A stretch of 64,000 bases of DNA from Minisyncoccota bacterium (GCA_041651415.1 JBAZJH010000001.1:215713-279712); one strand, 5' to 3'; shown: positions 18,893-27,873, counted from the first letter of the stretch. The notes: generated by a model not told the origin, from the sequence alone. A program made the numbers and translations.

Positions 18893-20674
18893 TTATCTCG
18901 GCGGTCCGCCTCCTCCCATATCGAATAATCCTCCCGAAGACGAGCTTTTGCTTGAAGAAGAACTTAAGGAGCTGGAAGAAGTTGAAGTTGTGGTCTTCTC
19001 GATTATTTTTTCGTTTTCGCTTAAACCGGAAATTATTTCAGTGTTTTCATCATCGGAAATTCCGATTTTAACTTGTCTTTTTTGGATAGAAGAATCATTA
19101 GCTAAAATTTCTACATAAGAAGAATCATTTTCCGTTTTTATGGCCAAGCTTGGCGCCAGAAGAATATCCTGCTTGGAATCAGTAATAATGGAAGCGGTAA
19201 CGCTCATACCCGGTTTAACTCTGTCGTCTTGAACGTCAAAACTTATTTTTAAACTATAAGAAACAACTCCTTGAGAAACAGAACCAATGGAATCCAATTC
19301 CGCCACTTCGCCGGATAAACTTAAACCATCAATAGCGTCAAAAGAAAGCGCAACTTTGTTGCCAACTTTTATTTTGGAAGCGTCAACTTCATTCAAGGAG
19401 ATCTCCGCTATTTTTTGGTCGGCAATGAAAGTGCCGATAGACGCGCCGCTTGAAACAGAATCTCCTTTTTTTATGACAAGCGCAGCTAAAGTTCCGTTAA
19501 AAGGCGCGCGAATATAGCAAGAAGACAAATCCTTTTTCGCGTCTAAAAGGTCATTTTCTTTTTGTCTGACGGTGATTTTAGCAGACCTTATTTCTAATTC
19601 ATCGGCGCCGGCTTTCAGTTCTTTAAGAGATTCCGAACTTTCTTCTATGGTCCTTTTGGCGCTAGTGATGGAATTTTTAGCGCTTTCAATGGAATTTTTG
19701 GCGGAAAGCAGATCAGAGAGAGTTGAGTTTACTTCGCTTGTGTATGAATTAAGAGTGGAGAGATGAGTGTCGGAAAGAGATTTAGGCGTAAGATTATGGT
19801 CAAGAAAAACTTCTCTGTAAAATTGAATAAGATTAGTGGCGCTTTTAACCGTTTCGGAAATATCTCTGGTCAATAGATAAGTTTCATCAATTAAAGTTTC
19901 TATTTCCTCGTCGCTGGCGGAACGGGAAGTTGCTTTATATTTGCCGGAAATTTCTTCATATTCCAATTTTGCCGCCGTATGTTTTGTTTTTAAATCGTCT
20001 TTGTAGTCATCAGCCGCATCATCAAACTGGGCGGCAGAGTTGGCATAAAAATCGATATTCCACTGCGAACTTCCTCCCAAGGCAGAACTTGAAGTATATA
20101 AAGTATCTTGAAGACCGGACATAACGCTAGGCAGATTAAGAAAAGTATTGGAGATGCTGGTAAATCCGTCTTCATAAGCTTTTTTTAAATCTTCTTCAGC
20201 GCTTTTTTTCGATTCTTCCGCCTTAATCAAATTATTTTCAGCTTGAATAAGAGAAAGGCCGCTTGCCGGTTTAAGAAGCTCTTCAAGATTAAGATTGGCA
20301 GTTTCAAGGTCAATTTCGGCATCACGCACGGCTTTTTCCGCATCGCTTGCGTCAAGAGAAGCAATCAAAGCTCCGCTTTGCATTTTTGCGCCGGGAGAAA
20401 CGGCAACATAAACGACATCGCTGGAAGTTTTGGCTTTCAAGTCAACTTCATTGGAAGAAGAAACTTGCCCGCTGCCGGAAACGGAAACCGTGATAGTTCC
20501 CTTTTTTACGGAAGCCAGAACATATTTTGTTTCAGCAGTTGAACCGCTGAATAAATTAAAAATCCAAAAAATAAAAAAGAGGGAAAAAAGGAAAGAGACG
20601 GCGGCAATTCTTTCGTGCGCCGCGGCAAAAGATTTTATTTTTTGAACCGATTCTTTTTGAAATATTTTTAACAT
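18893..20674 (-). CDS. HlyD/MacA-family periplasmic adaptor (membrane fusion protein) with Ser-rich C-terminal tail
   Basis: N-terminal transmembrane helix, long coiled-coil hairpin, lipoyl/beta-barrel regions typical of membrane fusion proteins. C-terminal TTSTSSSSLSSSSSKSSSSGG low-complexity tail. Confidence 0.75.
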   Translation of the reverse strand: MLKIFQKESVQKIKSFAAAHERIAAVSFLFSLFFIFWIFNLFSGSTAETKYVLASVKKGTITVSVSGSGQVSSSNEVDLKAKTSSDVVYVAVSPGAKMQSGALIASLDASDAEKAVRDAEIDLETANLNLEELLKPASGLSLIQAENNLIKAEESKKSAEEDLKKAYEDGFTSISNTFLNLPSVMSGLQDTLYTSSSALGGSSQWNIDFYANSAAQFDDAADDYKDDLKTKHTAAKLEYEEISGKYKATSRSASDEEIETLIDETYLLTRDISETVKSATNLIQFYREVFLDHNLTPKSLSDTHLSTLNSYTSEVNSTLSDLLSAKNSIESAKNSITSAKRTIEESSESLKELKAGADELEIRSAKITVRQKENDLLDAKKDLSSCYIRAPFNGTLAALVIKKGDSVSSGASIGTFIADQKIAEISLNEVDASKIKVGNKVALSFDAIDGLSLSGEVAELDSIGSVSQGVVSYSLKISFDVQDDRVKPGMSVTASIITDSKQDILLAPSLAIKTENDSSYVEILANDSSIQKRQVKIGISDDENTEIISGLSENEKIIEKTTTSTSSSSLSSSSSKSSSSGGLFDMGGGGPPR

Positions 20675-20795
20675 AAATTTTCGCGAAAATTATAAAAACA
20701 AATGAATAGAATTTAAATAACTAAAATATAAATAAACCCTTTTAATATTACGAAAAGAAAAAACAAAAAAATTCAAAGCGCTTGTTTTGTTAATC

Positions 20796-20858
20796 TATTT
20801 TCAAGCCTGCCTGCTGGTAGGCAGGGCAGGTAGGCGGCAGGCAGGAATTTAAGAATGG
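20796..20858. repeat. palindromic repeat family 2 (AAGCCTGCCTGC(C/T)GGTAGGCAGG…)
   Basis: TTCAAGCCTGCCTGCTGGTAGGCAGGGCAGGTAGGCGGCAGGCAGGAATTTAAGAA. Related copies at 57181-57212 and 58521-58565. Confidence 0.5.
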
Positions 20859-21093
20859 AATTAAAAATGAAGAAGAGTATAATAAAAAGTAGCATACAGA
20901 AAATCTTTTTTCCGTAAAGGTCCTCGGAAAAAAGAAATGCCTTGTCCCCTCTTTAATTAGGGGGGAATTTTTTATAAAAAATGGAAGGCGTTAATTATTT
21001 TCCTTATTCCAATGTTCTGCAGAACATTGGAATAAGAAATTCAAAAAATTGATTTTTGGCGGAAAAATAAGTATTATTTTAAAGAAAAAAGAA

Positions 21094-21157
21094 TGCCGGA
21101 TCGTCTAAAGGCCCGCCTCGACGAGCTGAGCTCGTCTCAGCGAGGCGGGTAGGACAT
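21094..21157 (+). pseudogene. duplicated 5' fragment of tRNA-Gln (first 26 nt) interrupted by a 38-nt palindromic insert
   Basis: TGCCGGATCGTCTAAAGG + [CCCGCCTCGACGAGCTGAGCTCGTCTCAGCGAGGCGGG] + TAGGACAT is identical to nt 1-26 of the intact tRNA-Gln at 21422. Similarity stops after that point. Confidence 0.55.
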
Positions 21158-21164
21158 AATAATA

Positions 21165-21413
21165 ATGCATATACTTCATCTGTTGAAAAGCATTAATTTT
21201 TCAAAAAGTTATATCGGTATAACTAATAATCCAGAAAGAAGATTAAAAGAACACAATTCTGGAAAAAGTTTTTACACAAAAAAGTATTCGCCATGGAAAA
21301 TAATTTATACCGAAGAATGTAAGAATTTCAAAGAAGCAAGAGAACGGGAAAAATTCTACAAATCAAGCGTAGGAAGAAGAGCTTTAAAAAAGATATTTGA
21401 TAAGTTAGGATAG
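21165..21413 (+). CDS. GIY-YIG nuclease-family small protein (UPF0213/YhbQ-like)
   Basis: …YIGITNNPERRLKEHNSG…TKKYSPW…EAREREKFYK… matches the GIY-YIG core (GIY…YIG…R…H…G…E). 82 aa. Bracketed by the tRNA-Gln 5' duplication. Confidence 0.8.
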   Translation: MHILHLLKSINFSKSYIGITNNPERRLKEHNSGKSFYTKKYSPWKIIYTEECKNFKEAREREKFYKSSVGRRALKKIFDKLG

Positions 21414-21421
21414 ATTATATT

Positions 21422-21495
21422 TGCCGGATCGTCTAAAGGTAGGACATGGGCCTTTGAAGCCCAGTATCTTGGTTCGATTCCAAGTCCGGCAGCCA
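21422..21495 (+). tRNA. tRNA-Gln (anticodon TTG), CCA encoded
   Basis: Folds by hand. Acceptor TGCCGGA/TCCGGCA with the U1:A72 pair typical of bacterial tRNA-Gln. D-stem GTCT/GGAC. Anticodon stem TGGGC/GCCCA with loop CTTTGAA. T-arm CTTGG-TTCGATT-CCAAG. Discriminator G, then CCA. Confidence 0.85.
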
Positions 21496-21639
21496 AAGTC
21501 AGCGTGGTATCATGGCAAGACCACCTTGCCTCAGTAATGCTCTAATTTCTCCTTCCCTAAAATGTGATACAGGCTGAGTGCCGTATTCAAGACAAAAAAT
21601 CACCGATTAATTTCGATGTTTTTTTGTTTTTTCTGGGAC

Positions 21640-21668
21640 TAGAAATTTATTTCTACATTTGATATGAT
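21640..21668 (+). promoter_or_regulatory. inverted repeat TAGAAAT-tt-ATTTCTA next to a TATGAT -10 element upstream of the XRE regulator
   Basis: Perfect 7-nt inverted repeat at 21640-21655, then TATGAT at 21663-21668, ~13 nt before the HTH gene start. Confidence 0.3.
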
Positions 21669-21680
21669 CTCCTCGAGCTT

Positions 21681-21884
21681 ATGTTTGATATATCAAAAAA
21701 CTTCGGGAAAAAAGTCAGGGAAATACGCCTAAGAAATAAGATGTCTCAAGCCGGTTTAGCCAAGATTCTTGGGGTACACCCCACCGATATTAGTGGTATC
21801 GAGCGCGGCATGAGAAATATGGCTCTTAAGAATATCGAAAGGTTAGCAAAAGCTTTGAACGTATCAGTTAAAGATTTACTCTAA
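21681..21884 (+). CDS. XRE-family helix-turn-helix transcriptional regulator
   Basis: …MSQAGLAKILGVHPTDISGIERGMRNMALKNIERLAKAL… is a classic Cro/C1-type HTH. 67 aa. Confidence 0.85.
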   Translation: MFDISKNFGKKVREIRLRNKMSQAGLAKILGVHPTDISGIERGMRNMALKNIERLAKALNVSVKDLL

Positions 21885-21891
21885 TAACACC

Positions 21892-22734
21892 ATGGCTCAA
21901 CCATTTAACTCAAACCTCGTAATAGAGGAAAAAATATCGGAAGCCGATTTTAAGGCCTATAGCGTCGGCTATGAGCAGAATCAATTCAGGTTTAAGCCTC
22001 TCGTCGATTTGATATGTGAGGTTATTCCCGAATTTGCGCTCGGTTACCATGAAGGCAAGGAGACGCCAAATACACAGATTGTTTCTAGACTTCGCGAAGC
22101 TGCGCGTACGATCTATGGTACTAACAAATTCGAAAATCGTGGTGAGTTTGGCGAGTTAATACTCCATCTATTACTTCGTGATTTCCACGACACGATTCCG
22201 TTAGTTGCCAAGATATATTTTAAAGATGCACAAAATAACGCCGTCCACGGATTTGATGGGGTACATATAACAATTGAACCAGGAAAGAAGAAGTTGTGGC
22301 TCGGGGAATCCAAGATTTACTCCGACGGCTTTGCAGGGATTTCTTCCTTAGCGGAAGATCTCGAAAAACATATTCAGGCAGACTACTTGAAGTCTGAATT
22401 CAGCCTTATAAAGCACAAGCTTCCTGCCAACACTCCCGAAATAGAATACTGGCGGAACCTTATGGATGAACATAAAAATCTCGACGAGATATTAAACGGA
22501 ATCTGTATCCCGATGGTCTGTACCTACTCAAGCAAGACAGTTAAAGACCATAACGCAATTACCAAAGATTATGTTAATGCTTTTACCGAAGAGTGCCAAA
22601 AACTGAAAGAGAAATTCGATGAGAAAAAGATCGCGACGAATGTCGAGGTAATTCTTATGCTTTTACCTATACCAGATAAAGAGGAATTGGTGACCGAATT
22701 AGACGAGCGATTAAAGGCCATGCGCATGGACTAA
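21892..22734 (+). CDS. PD-(D/E)XK-like protein, probable HamA (DUF1837-like) effector of a Hachiman-type defence system
   Basis: 280 aa directly upstream of an SF2 helicase. Candidate catalytic triad D122 (GFDGVH)…E139-S-K141 (LWLGESKIY). Size and gene order match the HamA-HamB architecture. The DUF1837 assignment is from memory of the family, not from a search. Confidence 0.5.
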   Translation: MAQPFNSNLVIEEKISEADFKAYSVGYEQNQFRFKPLVDLICEVIPEFALGYHEGKETPNTQIVSRLREAARTIYGTNKFENRGEFGELILHLLLRDFHDTIPLVAKIYFKDAQNNAVHGFDGVHITIEPGKKKLWLGESKIYSDGFAGISSLAEDLEKHIQADYLKSEFSLIKHKLPANTPEIEYWRNLMDEHKNLDEILNGICIPMVCTYSSKTVKDHNAITKDYVNAFTEECQKLKEKFDEKKIATNVEVILMLLPIPDKEELVTELDERLKAMRMD

Positions 22735-22741
22735 AAAATTT

Positions 22742-24907
22742 ATGGATACCGAAGCCGCAAAATTGTTAATTACCGAGAATCGAGACCTGAGTTTCGAAGA
22801 GAGCTTTCAGCTTTCTCAGTTATGCTCCAAGCTATTAAATGTAAAAGACGCGTCCATTGCTGGACGCGATTTAATTATTCGAGTTTTGGATATTTGGGAA
22901 CGAATTCCCGCGTCAACTCAGACAATGTGGAAAGACTTGATCGAAGCCGCGGGATTCTATCCTTATCTTGAAAAACAGGATTTGTGCGGAGCCGGACTTT
23001 TGCGTCGCGAATATCATCGCTCAAAATATCTTTCGGAAGAAACCTACCTACACGCCGAACAGATGGATCTCTCCATCATGCTGGATACCTCAAACAGCTT
23101 GATAGTCAGTGCTCCAACAAGTTTTGGCAAGAGTAAACTCATTGAAGAAATCGTTGCCAGTGGGAAGTATAATAATATTGTAATCATTCAACCCACGCTG
23201 GCGCTTTTAGATGAGACCAGAAAAAAACTGAGAAAATATGCAAGCGACTACAACATGGTCGTTACCACCACCCAAAAGCCCCAAAGTGGCAAGAACCTCT
23301 TCTTGTTTACTGGCGAGCGCGTTGCGGAGTACGAGCATTTCCCAGCTGTTGATTTTTTTGTAATTGATGAATTCTATAAATTGAGTATCGAGCGCGACGA
23401 TGAGAGGGCGGCTTCACTCAACCATGCGTTGTATAAGTTGCTTAGCATGACTCACAAATTCTATATGCTCGGTCCCAGCATTAACTCCATACCGCCGGGA
23501 TTCGCTGAGCGACACAACGCTGTATGGTTTAAGACTGATTTTGCAACCGTTGCCGTAGATATTGAGCGGATTTGGGAGAAAGTCGGGAGAGCAAAAGAAG
23601 AAGAAAAAGAAGCGCCGTTATTTGACCTCTTAAAAGACCTCAGGGAGCCAACAATCATTTACTGCAGTTCGCCAAATAAAACAAACAAACTCACTCAAAG
23701 CTTTTTAAAATATGTACTATTGAATGAAAAGCTCAAATCTGAACTCCAAAATAATAATAACGACAACGCAATCGACTGGATAAAAGAGAATATTCATGAG
23801 GACTGGATTCTTGCGAAGTCGCTTAAGTACTCTATCGGAATGCATCATGGTGCACTTCCACGCCATCTTTCAAGCTCTATTATCGATTTTTTTAATAGGG
23901 GCGATGTACGTTATCTATTTTGCACCTCTACGTTAATTGAAGGGGTTAACACCTCGGCAAAAAATGTCGTCCTATTTGACGAGAAGAAGGGATCAAAGGC
24001 GATTGACTATTTCGATTTTAAGAATATAGCTGGCCGATCTGGCAGAATGAAAGAACACTTCATCGGCAAAGTTTTTCAATTTCATAAAGAACCTAAGCAA
24101 GAGGAGCTCGATATTGATATTCCACTTTTTACTCAAACCAATGCCCCTCTCGAATTACTTGTCCAAATTGATCCAAAGGAAATTAAAGAGACCGCGATGA
24201 AGAAGTTGGTTAAATTCTCAGAGCTAAGTAATTCAGTACAAGAACTTATAAAGCAAAACAAGGGAGTTTCCGTGGAAGGGCAAATGACAGTAATCGATAT
24301 TTTGAGAAATAATATCGATACTCTCCATGACAAGATTTCCTGGAGCGGCGTCCCATGTTATCCGGAACTGGTTTACGTCATTAGTTTGGCTTGGGAACAC
24401 TTTCGAACAGTTCGCTCGTCAGAGGGTGGCGCTCACAGTCCCAAACATCTCGCTACTCTCACGCTTCAATATATTGGCACAAAGTCGATCAGAGGCATGA
24501 TTGATAAGATGGTTAAAAGCGATTATTGGGTAGCGCACAGACCCGATATACAAGAACGCATTGAGATTATTGTGGATACGGTTTTGCAAGTAAACCAGCA
24601 CTGGTTTAGATATAAGCTACCGAAGTGGCTTTCTGTATTGTCTGAAATTCAGAAATTTGTGTGTCAAGAAAAAGGTTTGCAGTTTGGAGATTATGGCGTA
24701 TTAGCCAATCTCATAGAAAATTCTTTCTTGCCAAGTCATTTGGGAGTCCTTCTTGAATATGGCTTACCACCATCTGCTATTAGAAAAATTGGCGACTATA
24801 TTAAGGAAGAAATGGAGCCGGAGAAATTGATTGCGGCAATCAAACGCCTTGATCCAAATAAGTTAGGACTACTTCCTTACGAAGTAGACAAGTTAAAAGA
24901 TTTATAA
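22742..24907 (+). CDS. superfamily-2 helicase, probable HamB of a Hachiman-type defence system
   Basis: Motif I APTSFGKS, motif II FFVIDEF, helicase C-terminal domain with FCTSTLIEGVNT and motif VI NIAGRSGR. 721 aa. GC-richer codon usage than the core genome. Confidence 0.65.
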   Translation: MDTEAAKLLITENRDLSFEESFQLSQLCSKLLNVKDASIAGRDLIIRVLDIWERIPASTQTMWKDLIEAAGFYPYLEKQDLCGAGLLRREYHRSKYLSEETYLHAEQMDLSIMLDTSNSLIVSAPTSFGKSKLIEEIVASGKYNNIVIIQPTLALLDETRKKLRKYASDYNMVVTTTQKPQSGKNLFLFTGERVAEYEHFPAVDFFVIDEFYKLSIERDDERAASLNHALYKLLSMTHKFYMLGPSINSIPPGFAERHNAVWFKTDFATVAVDIERIWEKVGRAKEEEKEAPLFDLLKDLREPTIIYCSSPNKTNKLTQSFLKYVLLNEKLKSELQNNNNDNAIDWIKENIHEDWILAKSLKYSIGMHHGALPRHLSSSIIDFFNRGDVRYLFCTSTLIEGVNTSAKNVVLFDEKKGSKAIDYFDFKNIAGRSGRMKEHFIGKVFQFHKEPKQEELDIDIPLFTQTNAPLELLVQIDPKEIKETAMKKLVKFSELSNSVQELIKQNKGVSVEGQMTVIDILRNNIDTLHDKISWSGVPCYPELVYVISLAWEHFRTVRSSEGGAHSPKHLATLTLQYIGTKSIRGMIDKMVKSDYWVAHRPDIQERIEIIVDTVLQVNQHWFRYKLPKWLSVLSEIQKFVCQEKGLQFGDYGVLANLIENSFLPSHLGVLLEYGLPPSAIRKIGDYIKEEMEPEKLIAAIKRLDPNKLGLLPYEVDKLKDL

Positions 24908-24958
24908 AATCTATACTACAAGTAAATAAATTGCTATTATACTGCCTTAAAGAAAGGA

Positions 24959-25291
24959 TTGAAATTCATAGTCCGCAAAAAAGTATTAAAGCGCATAAGC
25001 ATTACCACACCCGATGGAGAGACGATAGAAGAAAAAGGAAATATGGATGTTGAAATAACAATTGATGCTTTACACTATAAAAGAAAGTACGACGCTGCAA
25101 TATTTTTTACCGGTGATTCTGATTTTTTAGCGTTAATAACCTATCTGCAGAGAGATGGAAAAAAAGTGTATGTATTTTCTTCGAAAAATAATATTTCCGA
25201 AGAGCTACGAACTGGAAGTGATGGGTATTCTGATGTGTTAATTATCACAAACGACATCTGGGGAAGAGAATTAAAACATCGTTTAAAATGA
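24959..25291 (+). CDS. truncated NYN (LabA/YacP-like PIN-fold) domain protein
   Basis: …MDVEITIDALHY…AIFFTGDSDFLALITYLQRDGKKVYVFS… matches the central and C-terminal NYN motifs (D…D and SGDSDF…GK.V). The N-terminal conserved Asp region is missing. Hairpin terminator at 25296-25320. Confidence 0.5.
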   Translation: MKFIVRKKVLKRISITTPDGETIEEKGNMDVEITIDALHYKRKYDAAIFFTGDSDFLALITYLQRDGKKVYVFSSKNNISEELRTGSDGYSDVLIITNDIWGRELKHRLK

Positions 25292-25519
25292 AAGCAACCC
25301 TCCTTGCGGAGGGTTGCCCTTGGATGTGATACCCTTCTAGTTATGGCTAAACCAGAAGATAGTATTAGTATAGCAAAAGATGAATATGCGAGTCAATAGT
25401 TATCCACAATAATATTTATAAATTAAATATATTTTAAACAAAAAACCCCGAGAGAGTCGGGGTTTGAAAATTGCAATCGTATCTCTTCGATAAACTCAGA
25501 GAATAAAAGAACTAAAAAA

Positions 25520-26440
25520 TCAGAACATAAATTGAAGGCGGGCGAGGAAGCGGCAGTCCCTATCCCCTGCGAGCGGAGTTTCAACATCCGCCGTAAGGGA
25601 AAGATTCTTTTTGAAGCTGAACAAGCGAATGCCGTTTGCCCAAATTAAATCAGAAGATTTTCCTTCTCTTGCGCCTAAATCCAGACGGCTATGAAGTTCC
25701 AGCCATTTTGCCGGATAATAGGCGCCAAATAGATAACCACCGAAAGAGTCGCCGCGCAAGTCGTTTGAAGAACGATAAAGCGCGACACGAAGATAAGATT
25801 CGTTATTAATCTTCCAAGTGCCGTCCATTCCAAAATTCTGATATTCTTCGGAAATTTGGATGTTCTCGGAAAGAGAAAAATTATCACCAAACTTCTTCGT
25901 CAATCTAGCGGAAGTTTCCGGATATTCAAAACTTTTTGAATTATCGAAGGAGTATCCGGAACTGGTAGTGATGTCAGTTAATAAACTCCATCCGTTTTCA
26001 AACGCTCCCACAAACTGAATGCCGTAACCGTAAGAACGGAAAGGTTCAGTGAGCGGACAACTAATTGTTTCCATTTTAAACGGAGGGATACTGGAAAAAA
26101 ATGCGCTAGTGACAACACGACCGAATCTTATCTTCCAGTTCTCATTTAAACCGCGTTCCAGATAAAATTTTCTTAGCCAGTTTATCTCTTCGCGATTCAT
26201 ATGGGCGAAGTTTTCTTCCATAACCAGCTTCCAATCATCGTCGAATTTAACCGTCTGCCAAGTTCGGAAATAAGGCCAATCGAATTCCGGGTCGGCATTT
26301 TCGATGAAAGTAAGCTGAGTATAACCGGCGATATCAATTGAAACACCGGCAATAGAGACGGAGCCGATTAATGGCTCTTGCGAGAAAGCGACAGGAATTG
26401 CGAATAAAGCAACAATAACGAAAGACAACAGAACTTTCAT
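25520..26440 (-). CDS. secreted beta-rich protein of unknown function (porin-like C-terminal Phe)
   Basis: Cleavable signal peptide (…AFSQE). Alternating hydrophobic pattern. Ends …ARLQFMF. GC-richer than the core. Confidence 0.4.
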   Translation of the reverse strand: MKVLLSFVIVALFAIPVAFSQEPLIGSVSIAGVSIDIAGYTQLTFIENADPEFDWPYFRTWQTVKFDDDWKLVMEENFAHMNREEINWLRKFYLERGLNENWKIRFGRVVTSAFFSSIPPFKMETISCPLTEPFRSYGYGIQFVGAFENGWSLLTDITTSSGYSFDNSKSFEYPETSARLTKKFGDNFSLSENIQISEEYQNFGMDGTWKINNESYLRVALYRSSNDLRGDSFGGYLFGAYYPAKWLELHSRLDLGAREGKSSDLIWANGIRLFSFKKNLSLTADVETPLAGDRDCRFLARLQFMF

Positions 26441-26452
26441 TTTCTTCTCCTT

Positions 26453-27748
26453 TTAGGCCGCGCAAGCGGCAGGAGAAGAAATAAAAATATCTCTTGCCTC
26501 TTTAGGCGGCGCTCTCGGTTGAACTACGATTAGAAATTCTCGGTTTAAAACTTTTTTCACACTGGCTTCGGATATTATGAAATCCGGAGCTTGAAAAATG
26601 ACCGGTTCAATTCCGATAAAACAAAGATTAATTTTCTTTATTTTTGGAAGTTTGAATGAAGAAAAAACGTTTTTAAAAGAAATTCCTTCATTCGATTTCA
26701 AAACTTCGTTTTCGGAATCGATTTGACTGGAGATAAAAACGACCGGTTTTGAGATTTGCGATTTTGCAGACACAAGGCTGAAAGAGCCTAAAATCCAAAC
26801 GGCAAAACCAGCCAGAGCCGGGCGATAAACCAGTTCTTTTTCCGCTTTAGTGATGGCGTCTTCAAAAGACAAGACAGGCGCCATTACTTTTGCCCAGATG
26901 GCTTTTTCTTCAAGAGCAGTCGGCCGATAACCGGATTCTTTCGTTTTCAGAAATTCACGCAAAATTTTCCGATAACATCTTAGAGAATTTGCCGTTTCCG
27001 AAACGAAAATAAGTCCGAATGGGCCGAAACAACCGGCATAAAAAATCTCACGGTAATCGAAATAAACTTTTTCGATTACCGCTTTAAAAGATTTTTTAAC
27101 AAACCAGACGTTCAAAAGCAGGCAAAAGACAGACGGAAAAACCAGAAGGTAATACCACTTTAGAAACCACAGCCCGACGGCAGGCCAATCAATATCAACC
27201 CGCATACAATCCGGCTGAGGCGTTTCCGCAAAAGCCTGCATCACCTTAAAGTTAAGTATGACTTTCGCATGTTCTTTTCGAGCTAAGTCATTTTCCGCAA
27301 AAAGTTTTTTATAGCTTTCTGGGGTTTCTTCCGGAGGCTGCCAATTATCGACAAAACATTCTCTTGCTTTGTCCATTATAAAAGAAGTTTTATCTGTCCA
27401 ATCAACTTCAATTTTTGAACAAAATTCAACAATTTGATAATTGAAAGAAGTGGCTTCCTTCAAATCAAGATTTTTTACTTCCACTTTCTTTTTGACTTGG
27501 TCCATTACTTGGGAGATTTCAGCAATGGTTTCTTCGTAAGCAAGAGTTCCCGGGAGAATAATATTTTTTTGTCGTTCTTCAATGCGCTTACTAAACCAAG
27601 ACCAGTCAATAAAGAGAGCGATAAAGGAAATAAAAATCAAAAGAGAAAAAAATGTTTGCCAAGAATTGACAGGTTCCTCGTTGCGCCATTGGTTTTTTTG
27701 CGGATGCGGATAAATTTCAGTTCCAAACCAGTTATATCCGTAATACAT
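26453..27748 (-). CDS. polytopic membrane protein of unknown function
   Basis: 431 aa with several predicted transmembrane segments. No recognisable catalytic motif. GC-richer. Co-directional with and 12 nt upstream of the previous gene. Confidence 0.4.
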   Translation of the reverse strand: MYYGYNWFGTEIYPHPQKNQWRNEEPVNSWQTFFSLLIFISFIALFIDWSWFSKRIEERQKNIILPGTLAYEETIAEISQVMDQVKKKVEVKNLDLKEATSFNYQIVEFCSKIEVDWTDKTSFIMDKARECFVDNWQPPEETPESYKKLFAENDLARKEHAKVILNFKVMQAFAETPQPDCMRVDIDWPAVGLWFLKWYYLLVFPSVFCLLLNVWFVKKSFKAVIEKVYFDYREIFYAGCFGPFGLIFVSETANSLRCYRKILREFLKTKESGYRPTALEEKAIWAKVMAPVLSFEDAITKAEKELVYRPALAGFAVWILGSFSLVSAKSQISKPVVFISSQIDSENEVLKSNEGISFKNVFSSFKLPKIKKINLCFIGIEPVIFQAPDFIISEASVKKVLNREFLIVVQPRAPPKEARDIFISSPAACAA

Positions 27749-27873
27749 CTTTTCTCACCTTCTTTCTTTATTAAGTTGTCAAAATAAAACTGGCTATATT
27801 ATATAATGTTTTTATAAAAAAGTCAAAAAGCGAATGAGGAAAATCGCTTATACTAAAAAAGACGAGAAAAAAA

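Noticed and set aside
21094-21157. Interpreting the upstream tRNA-Gln fragment as a functional intron-containing tRNA
   Set aside because: Similarity to the tRNA stops after nt 26 and no anticodon, T-arm or acceptor 3' half follows. It is a partial duplicate, not a split gene.
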